NCBI GenBank assembly: GCA_037445735.1
Contig: JBBIJY010000020.1
Location: forward strand, 1-54,641
Direction: 5' to 3'
DNA: 54,641 nucleotides
DNA from: Armatimonadota bacterium
GTDB lineage: Bacteria; Armatimonadota; Fimbriimonadia; Fimbriimonadales; GBS-DC
Both the position numbers and the translations under genes were made by a program. Below, in pieces: positions 47,560 to 54,641 of this stretch. The notes beneath the pieces were generated by a model. It saw only the letters and a list, made by a program, of their open reading frames with translations, did not search any database and had not been told where the DNA came from. Numbering within the stretch: position 1 is the first letter of the stretch; each line of letters starts with the position of its first letter.

Positions 47560-49259
47560 TTAGCGCCAATACCATCTTATCATGCTATTGTACGGACCGA
47601 ACCCTGTCTCTGGCTGCTGCAAACTGGGGGTGTATTCCTTAGTGGCGCCAGCGTTCCTTGCACGCTCGTATCGCATTTCACCAGTGACAGGATTGTAGGT
47701 TGCTGTGCCGTTAAAGTTGATTTTCCAGCCGCCTGAAAACACGCAACCCTTTCTGATCGAACACATACGCATTACCTGTCCAGTAGTTCCACCAATACGC
47801 TCGCGTGTTCGTAGAGCGAACCCTTGCATTCAGTGGCCAAAGATAAGTGTTGTCCGGCACCCACCAGACCCATGTAGGACCCCAGCCGTTACTCCAGTCC
47901 CCTCCATGCTCCTGAACCACTACCTGTCCCATCTTTATCGAGAAACCTGCCATCTGCAGCACAGGAAGGAGCTCTATCGTTCCCCATATTGGGTCCACAC
48001 GCGGATACTGAGTCTGGCGTTGAGTTCTCTGGTGGGTGTACTCGTAAGGAAGCGTTTGACCTTTCACAGCCACACAAACAATCTGGGCGGGATACTGGGC
48101 ACCTGCACGGAGATAATCACAGGGCTGAATTTGCTCAGGTGTCCAGTTGGGATCCGCCAGCCCCTTATTTTCGCCCTCCTGAATATACTCGCGCAACGGC
48201 ACATACATCGACATCGGGCTACCTAACCGCACCGCCAAACCCACATGCACCCACATCGATGCGGAGCCTCGGCGACCCGCGCTGTCCGTCACCTCTACCC
48301 GAACCAGATACCGATACAACTGCTTGTAAAAGTAGTGAACTGTATCCGAGGCTGTGTCGCGCTGACGCTCCACCACCTTGGTCGGATCATCGCCAAAGGT
48401 CCATTTATAAGTAAAAGGCGGTGTGGGATGGTTTTCTCCATCGCACTCCATGTCCACCGTTGCCGTCAGCGTAATGGTCTGCCATACCCCGGCTGGCTCG
48501 GGAGCTCCCTCTAAAGAGACTGCCAGTTCATCAGGGCGCTTCACGCGCGCAAAGGCGTAGGCAGTCGCCTCTCCACACACAACCTCCGTGCCGTCCGGCA
48601 ACCGCCCATAAGCTTTGACTGTGCAACTGATCCGAAAGCGTTTGCCCGCGTGCGCCGCTGTGAATAAGAATCCACCTTCGGGCCATCGCGCCCCGCCTTC
48701 TTCAGGACCCCGTTCCGTCACCCACCTATCACCCTCTTGCCGCTCAATCTTCCAGGTATAGGTTAGACGACTGACTTCGGGTGGATTTTCACAGTCTCCT
48801 GGCGGGTCGCCCGGTGGATAACCCGGTGGCCACGGTTTACCTGGATCGCCAGGTGGATTTGGCGGCCTGGGCGGCTGCGGCGGGTAGGGATAGGGCGGGT
48901 CGTTTGGATCTTCTGGCGGCGGATCGCCCGGTTTCTGGGGTGGTGGAACAGGTGAGGGGTCGCCTCCCTCTTCACCTGGCTTATCTCCGGGTTCCGGAGC
49001 TACCATTTTCATAAATTGTGGCTCAGGGCAGTCGCAGTCGGCGTCAGCAATGCATTCCCAGGTGACCCGCTTGCCAGGACAGACGACGATGCTTTGAGGT
49101 TTAATGCGGGCAATGACATCCGCACCGGCAAAGGCAACGAAGCAGAAGGGGATTAAAGCAAGAAGGCGACCGCTATTCCATCCCCCCCCCCGCTGGGTTA
49201 GAGTGGGTTGGAAGGGTTTGTTTCATCTGGCTGCCCGATTTTATCTTTGTGCCGAACAT
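47560..49259 (-). pseudogene. Secreted Cys/Pro-rich protein with PKD/Ig-like domains, out of frame at a G10 tract and again near 47745
   Basis: The frame of ORF 47711..49012 stays open upstream through a signal h-region (RLLALIPFCFVAFAGA) with no start codon. The ATGs at 49259 and 49226 are one frame off across G10 (49182-49191). PKD-like FTYKWTFGDD...VRVEVTDSAG. A plausible C-terminus continues in frame 47560..47829. Confidence 0.75.
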
Positions 49260-49429
49260 TTCCAATCCAACCTCTCTTCAGCAATAATGTTTCTATTATA
49301 CCCCATCATGACGGCTTTGTCAGGAAGGTCCGAAGGGGCGAACAGATCCCCCGATTTTCACCAGCTGAAAAGCCCTGCTCGCTGTGCCGACAATAGGAAC
49401 CTGCTACCGTTCTCGGAGGGGATTATCGC

Positions 49430-50170
49430 ATGGAGCGCGGGCTGCGTGTCGGGCTATGGATAGGTGCATTCGGATGGCTCTGCTCACAGGTGGTCGCTCA
49501 CACGCTGGGTGAATGGAATGCCTTCTCGATTCGGCTGCACGAGATGGCTGTGGTGGTCAATCGGGTTCGTGTGGAGCGGGGACTGCCGCCGCTGAAGCTG
49601 AATCTGGAGCTGTGCCGCGCGGCGCAGATGATGAGCGACGAGATTCTGCTCACGGGCAACTTCGGGCACATCGACAGCGCGAGGCGGCGAGCGGACGCGC
49701 GCGCCCTGCTGGTCGGCTACGAGTTCGAGTGGCTCGGTGAGAACCTGGCGGCAGGTCAGCCGACTCTGGAGCGAGCGATCCAGGGCTGGCTGAACAGCCC
49801 CAGCCATCAGGCGAACCTGCTGAACCCTGCCTATCGGGAGATGGGGCTGGGCTTCACGCGCTTAGAGGGCAGTCGCTATGGCGTCTGCTGGGCGCAACTG
49901 CTCGGCTCGCGAGCGGATGTGTTCCCCCTCATCATCAATCTGGACGCGCCGCTGACCGACACGCCCGAAGTGGCGCTTTACATTCACGGCGCGAGCCTGG
50001 CGCAGGCGATGCGAATAGCAACTGACGGGCAGGAATGGAGCGAGTGGCGCACGCCAGCGCCACAACTGCGCTGGCGACTGCCCGATGAGCCGGGCATGCA
50101 CATCGTGGCGGTGCAACTGCTCATCGGCGGGCACATATACGAGTCGAGCGACAGCATCTATCTGCGTTAG
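49430..50170 (+). CDS. CAP (SCP-like) domain secreted protein
   Basis: VNRVRVERGLPPL, GENLAAG, WLNSPSHQANLL. Confidence 0.9.
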   Translation: MERGLRVGLWIGAFGWLCSQVVAHTLGEWNAFSIRLHEMAVVVNRVRVERGLPPLKLNLELCRAAQMMSDEILLTGNFGHIDSARRRADARALLVGYEFEWLGENLAAGQPTLERAIQGWLNSPSHQANLLNPAYREMGLGFTRLEGSRYGVCWAQLLGSRADVFPLIINLDAPLTDTPEVALYIHGASLAQAMRIATDGQEWSEWRTPAPQLRWRLPDEPGMHIVAVQLLIGGHIYESSDSIYLR

Positions 50171-50871
50171 GGGCTGTCCACCTCGCGGGCGACGGCGAGC
50201 GCGATCACTTCAGCGGCGCCCGCTCGCTTGAGCGCGTGGGCGCACGCATCGAAAGTGCTGCCCGTGGTGAACACATCGTCCAGCAGGAGCAGCCTTCTGC
50301 CGCGCACGCGGTCGGGGCGAACCACCTCGAAGGCGTCGCGCACATTCTGCCAGCGCTGGGCAGCGGTCAGCCCCACCTGCGGACGCCGATAGAGCCGCCG
50401 CTGGATGCAATCGCCCATCAGCGGGATGCCCATCGAACGACTGACCCGCCGCGCCATCTCCTCCGCCTGATTGAACCCGCGCTGTGCCCGACGCAGGGAA
50501 TGAATCGGCACAGGCACCAGCCCATCCACCGCCCGCAGAGCAGCGTTTTCGGGGCGACGGAGCGTCTCTATAATCAGCCCGCTGAGCGCGTCGGCAGCGC
50601 GCAGCCAGCGACGGAACTTCAGATGGATAATCGCGCCCCGCAACGGACCCTGATACAGCCCCACACAGAGCGCGCGATCGAACGCATAGGCGGTATCGTG
50701 GCAATAGGGACATTCGGGTCGCTCGCCCGCGGGCGCACCACAATAGACACAGAGGGGTGGCACAATTCGCGGCAGCACCTGCTCGCAGAGCGTGCAGAAA
50801 TACGCCCGCGCAAACGCGCCGCACCCCACACAGCGGCGCGGATAGAACCCATCTATCAGCCAGTCCAGCAT
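50167..50871 (-). CDS. comF: ComF family protein (double Zn ribbon plus PRTase)
   Basis: Four CxxC motifs, VPVPIH, RGFNQAE, LLDDVFTTGST. Confidence 0.93.
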   Translation of the reverse strand: MLDWLIDGFYPRRCVGCGAFARAYFCTLCEQVLPRIVPPLCVYCGAPAGERPECPYCHDTAYAFDRALCVGLYQGPLRGAIIHLKFRRWLRAADALSGLIIETLRRPENAALRAVDGLVPVPIHSLRRAQRGFNQAEEMARRVSRSMGIPLMGDCIQRRLYRRPQVGLTAAQRWQNVRDAFEVVRPDRVRGRRLLLLDDVFTTGSTFDACAHALKRAGAAEVIALAVAREVDSP

Positions 50872-51111
50872 TCAGCCGCGCACAATCGCGTCGATAATCA
50901 CATCCCGAATGCCTGGCTTCTGGCGCAGAATACGGCGGATAATCTCCAGCTCCTGATGAATGTCCACCGGGTTGCCGCGCAGGGGTCGGACGGTGCCCCG
51001 AATGTAGACCACGCCGTGAATCACATGCACATCCATCAGCGAGGTGTCGATGCGCCGCTTATTGATCTCGCGCAGCACCATGCGCCGCTGCTCCACATCC
51101 TCCATTGGCAT
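50872..51111 (-). CDS. Small BON-like domain protein
   Basis: 79 aa; VHVIHGVVYIRGTV...PGIRDVI; RBS GAGG. Confidence 0.6.
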   Translation of the reverse strand: MPMEDVEQRRMVLREINKRRIDTSLMDVHVIHGVVYIRGTVRPLRGNPVDIHQELEIIRRILRQKPGIRDVIIDAIVRG

Positions 51112-51143
51112 CGCTGGTCACCTGCCTCTATTATACATCACTC

Positions 51144-52304
51144 TCACGCGCCGGCATAGGTCGCGATTCGGAGCAGGATGGTGCGCACCTCATCGCGTGT
51201 CGGCTGAACGGGGTTGAACAGGATGGAGCCATCAGCGAAGGTGAGGTCGATCAGCTGCTCCAGCTCCGTCTCCGACACGCGGATATCGAAGTCGAACAGG
51301 TGCGCCGGGATGTCGATGTCGCTCATCAGCTGGCGCACGCGCAGGATGGTGTCTTCGGGTGTTTCGACGCCCATTACCTGCGCAATCTGCTCGAATCGGT
51401 CGCGCCGATGGGGCAGGTTGAACTCCATCGCGTGGGGCAGTGCGAGCGCGCAGCACAGCCCGTGCGGCAGGTCATAGAGACCGCCAATTGCGTGGGCGAT
51501 GGCGTGCGCCAGTCCGACCATGCTGTTGTTGAACGCTGCGCCCGCGATGGTGGCAGCGAACGCCATCGCCGCGCGCGCCTCCATGTCGGCTTCGCCTGCC
51601 TCCACCGCGCGGGGCAAATAGCGCATGATGAGCCGAATCGCCTCGAACGCCAGCGTGTCAGAGAGCGGGTTCGCCTGCAAATCCACCACCGCTTCAATCG
51701 CGTGGGTGAGCGCGTCCATCCCTGTCTGGGCGGTGGGGGCAGGGGGCAGCCGGCGCGACAGCTCAGGGTCCACTATCGCCAGCAGCGGCGCCAGATAGCG
51801 GCTCACCACGGGCATCTTCTGACGCCGTTCCGGATGCGTGAACATCGCAATAAAAGTCACCTCACTGCCCGTGCCGGCGGTGGTGGGAATGGCAATCAGC
51901 GGCTTACATGCGCCTGGCACCGTGTCGGTACCCTCATAGTCCAGCACGCGCCCGCCATAGGTGCGCAGCACATTAATCAGCTTGGCGCTGTCCATCACGC
52001 TGCCGCCGCCGACCGCAATCACCAGCTCCTTATCCTGCGCCAGCGGCACGGCAGCCTCGATGCACTCGATGGTCGGGTTAGGCAGCACGCCGTCGTAGAG
52101 GTCGTAGCGCACGCCCGCCTCCTGCAGCTGCGCTTCGACGGGCGCGGTCAGCCCCGCCCCGCGCACGCCCCGATCCGTCACAATCAGCGCGCTCCGCCAG
52201 CCGTTCAAACTGCACTCAAAGCTCAGATTCGAAACGGCGCCCGCGCCGAACAGCAACCGCGTCGGCATCTCAAAGCCGAAAATCTGCTCCCACATAGCAC
52301 CCAT
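51144..52304 (-). CDS. Iron-containing alcohol dehydrogenase
   Basis: GGGSVMDSAK, PTTAGTGSEVT, DALTHAIE, HAIAH, HG. Start is 52304 or 52295. Confidence 0.93.
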   Translation of the reverse strand: MGAMWEQIFGFEMPTRLLFGAGAVSNLSFECSLNGWRSALIVTDRGVRGAGLTAPVEAQLQEAGVRYDLYDGVLPNPTIECIEAAVPLAQDKELVIAVGGGSVMDSAKLINVLRTYGGRVLDYEGTDTVPGACKPLIAIPTTAGTGSEVTFIAMFTHPERRQKMPVVSRYLAPLLAIVDPELSRRLPPAPTAQTGMDALTHAIEAVVDLQANPLSDTLAFEAIRLIMRYLPRAVEAGEADMEARAAMAFAATIAGAAFNNSMVGLAHAIAHAIGGLYDLPHGLCCALALPHAMEFNLPHRRDRFEQIAQVMGVETPEDTILRVRQLMSDIDIPAHLFDFDIRVSETELEQLIDLTFADGSILFNPVQPTRDEVRTILLRIATYAGA

Positions 52305-52350
52305 GCCTGTTCGCCCGATGGGTATACTCCTCCTGCAGGAGAACCAGACG

Positions 52351-53640
52351 ATGGAGATTCTGTTTCCTGAACAGCCAGAGGCGTTCACCGACGAGATAGC
52401 GACGCTGACCGAGCGCCACCTGAACCCCGGTCTGGCGAAGGTGTTGCGCTTTGCGGGGCTGGGCGTGGAGTGGTACGCGGAAGGTTGCTACATCTGGGAC
52501 GCGCAAGGACGCCGCTTCCTGGACTGCCTGGGCGGCTACGGCATGTTCGCGCTGGGGCATCGCCACCCGAAGGTGATTGAGGCGGTCAAACGCCAGCTCG
52601 ATCGGATGCCGATGCCCGGCAAGATTATGTTTAACGCGCCGCAGGCTCAACTGGCGGCGCGACTGGCGGAGCTGCTGCCCGGCGATTTGCAATACTCCTT
52701 TTTCTGCAATTCGGGCGCGGAGGCGGTGGAGGGCGCGCTCAAGCTGGCTCGCAAGGCGACGGGTCGCCCGAAGGTGATCAGCACGCTGGGCAGCTATCAC
52801 GGCAAAACCTTTGGCAGCCTGAGCGCCAGCGGGCGCGAGGTCTACCGCAAGCCGTTTGAGCCGCTGCTGCCCGGTTTCGTGCATGCGCCCTTCGGCGACG
52901 CCGACGCGGTCGCCGCCCACATCGATAATGAGACCGCCGCGGTGATTGTGGAGCCGATTCAGGGCGAGGGCGGCATCCGCATCCCGCCCGATGACTACCT
53001 GCCGCGCCTGCGCGAGCTGTGCGACCGCCACGGCGCGTTACTGATCGTGGACGAGGTGCAAACGGGGCTGGGACGCACGGGCGACTGGTGGGGCGTGGCG
53101 CACTCCGGCGTGCAGCCCGACATCCTCACGCTGGCGAAATCGCTCGGTGGCGGTGTGGTGCCGATAGGCTCCTTCAGCGCGAACGCCACCCTCTGGGACG
53201 CCATGTTCGGTGAGAACCCGCTCCTGCACACCAGCACCTTCGGCGGCAACGAGCTGGCATGCGCCGCCGGGCTGGCAACCCTGCAGGTGATTGAGGAGGA
53301 GGGGCTGGTGGAGAACGCCCGCGCGGTGGGCGCGTACCTGCTCAACGGCTTGCGCCAGCTGCAGGCGGAGTACCCCGACTTCATTCAGGAGGTGCGCGGA
53401 CGCGGGCTGATGCTTGGCATCGAGTTCCACGAAGCCGACTTCGGCGAGCTGACCATCACCCACATGATCCCGCGCGGGGTTATCGCCGCCTACACGCTGA
53501 ACAACCCGAAGGTCATCCGCATGGAGCCGCCACTGATCCTGACGCGCGAGCAGGCGGAGTTCGCCCTGCAGGTGTTCGCCGAATCGGTGGTGGCTGCCCG
53601 CGAGCTGGTGCAGGCAGTGTACACCCCCAGCACAGAGTGA
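52351..53640 (+). CDS. Class III PLP aminotransferase, putrescine aminotransferase (PatA)-like
   Basis: FLDCLGGYG, FFCNSGAEAVE, EPIQGEGG, DEVQTGLGRTG, AKSLGGG, HTSTFGGN. Confidence 0.88.
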   Translation: MEILFPEQPEAFTDEIATLTERHLNPGLAKVLRFAGLGVEWYAEGCYIWDAQGRRFLDCLGGYGMFALGHRHPKVIEAVKRQLDRMPMPGKIMFNAPQAQLAARLAELLPGDLQYSFFCNSGAEAVEGALKLARKATGRPKVISTLGSYHGKTFGSLSASGREVYRKPFEPLLPGFVHAPFGDADAVAAHIDNETAAVIVEPIQGEGGIRIPPDDYLPRLRELCDRHGALLIVDEVQTGLGRTGDWWGVAHSGVQPDILTLAKSLGGGVVPIGSFSANATLWDAMFGENPLLHTSTFGGNELACAAGLATLQVIEEEGLVENARAVGAYLLNGLRQLQAEYPDFIQEVRGRGLMLGIEFHEADFGELTITHMIPRGVIAAYTLNNPKVIRMEPPLILTREQAEFALQVFAESVVAARELVQAVYTPSTE

Positions 53641-54450
53641 ATGCGCAGGAAACGACGACTGCTTATCGGGCTGCTGATTGCCCTGACGGCGGTGATTATC
53701 AGCGGGTTTGTGGTCGGGCGCTGGACAAAAATCACACGACTTCACCTGCCGACGCACGGCAGCACCACCCTGCGCATCGCCGTGCTGGGCGATTTCCATA
53801 TCGGAGCTTATGGCTGGGGCGCGACACAGACCCGATACTGCCTGCAGCTCGCGATGGAACAGAAACCCGATATGATCCTGCTGGTGGGCGACTTCGTGTC
53901 ATCCCGAAGCGGAATCGACTATCTCGCGGCGAGCTTCAAAGGCGTTCATGCGCCGCTGGGCGTCTACGCCGTGCTGGGCAATCATGACCACTGGTCCGGC
54001 GCGAAGCCGATCACCGCCGCCCTGCAAAAGGCGGGCGTGCGCGTGCTGATTAATGAGCATGTGATCGTGCGCAGGGGTTCAGAATCGGTCGCGCTGGTGG
54101 GCATCGACGATGTGTGGGCGGGCAAACCCGACTGGCATCGCGCGTTCGCAGGCGTGCCGAAGGGAATGCCCGTGGTGCTGCTATCGCATAACCCTGACGC
54201 GGTGCTGCATCCAGTTAGCAGGCGGGCGCAGTTAATCGTGGCGGGGCACACACACGCAGGTCAAATCTGGGCGCCGCCCCCACTCCGCCCCTACCTGCTG
54301 CCCAGAACCGATTATGGCAGGCGCCACCACTATGGGCTGCGTCGCGAGGGCAACACATGGGTCTACATCACCAGCGGCGTGCTGCAGGGGCGCACACCCC
54401 CGCGCTGGTTCACCCGCCCGGAAGTGGCTCTTATCGAACTGCCCATTTGA
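53641..54450 (+). CDS. Membrane-anchored metallophosphoesterase
   Basis: DFH, GDFV, GNHD, SHNP, GHTH. Confidence 0.92.
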   Translation: MRRKRRLLIGLLIALTAVIISGFVVGRWTKITRLHLPTHGSTTLRIAVLGDFHIGAYGWGATQTRYCLQLAMEQKPDMILLVGDFVSSRSGIDYLAASFKGVHAPLGVYAVLGNHDHWSGAKPITAALQKAGVRVLINEHVIVRRGSESVALVGIDDVWAGKPDWHRAFAGVPKGMPVVLLSHNPDAVLHPVSRRAQLIVAGHTHAGQIWAPPPLRPYLLPRTDYGRRHHYGLRREGNTWVYITSGVLQGRTPPRWFTRPEVALIELPI

Positions 54451-54475
54451 GAGACTGTCCAGGAAAGTGAATAAG

Positions 54476-54637
54476 ATTTCAATCCCTCAGAGGTAGGCTA
54501 CAAACTTCAGGTTGCCCTGTTGGTTTCGCGCACTGACCCGTGTTTCAATCCCTCAGAGGTAGGCTACAAACACTCCCGCAAGAGTTTTTGCGTCAATCGT
54601 GATGGTCGTTTCAATCCCTCAGAGGTAGGCTACAAAC
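54476..54637 (-). CRISPR. CRISPR array (partial): three 30-bp repeats and two 36-bp spacers
   Basis: GTTTCAATCCCTCAGAGGTAGGCTACAAAC at 54476 (first base A), 54542 and 54608; spacers at 54506-54541 and 54572-54607. Confidence 0.95.
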
Positions 54638-54641
54638 TTTG

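Noticed and set aside
54506-54607. Self-targeting spacers or cas genes within the window
   Set aside because: No match was noticed by eye (not an exhaustive search), and no ORF shows Cas motifs.

Overview
A GC-rich bacterial chromosome segment, inferred to be Armatimonadota-like from the DUF1559 '[28 protein letters not shown]' prepilin-type proteins and 'DDADLLxVLFAFG' dockerin-like modules. Most of it is housekeeping: tsaB, secA, accC, nusB, hisS, kdsB, tgt, five tRNAs-tig-clpP-clpX, flhB, sdhB, surE, holB and comF, plus a probable 6S RNA. A CRISPR array (3 repeats visible) runs off the right edge. The best candidate for an undescribed system is at 1-4877 (minus strand). An ECF sigma gene, broken by a one-base frameshift in a G7 tract, lies ahead of an ECF-type promoter and two tandem two-gene cassettes. 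Each cassette encodes a secreted mini-protein with a fixed 10-Cys scaffold and divergent loops, plus a 360-380 aa exported partner. The cassettes have base-identical 140-bp leader ends and near-identical 142-bp tail ends, joined by a thrice-repeated 33-bp hairpin core whose middle copy is a chimera of the outer two. A Cys-rich secreted ORF missed by the ORF track follows. A second AT-richer island (46120-49259) carries another Cys/Pro-rich secreted gene that is out of frame at a G10 tract. A palindromic repeat family has inserted in frame into an M16 peptidase and tgt, and two MITE-like elements bracket flhB. All family assignments come from motif recognition; no database searches were run.
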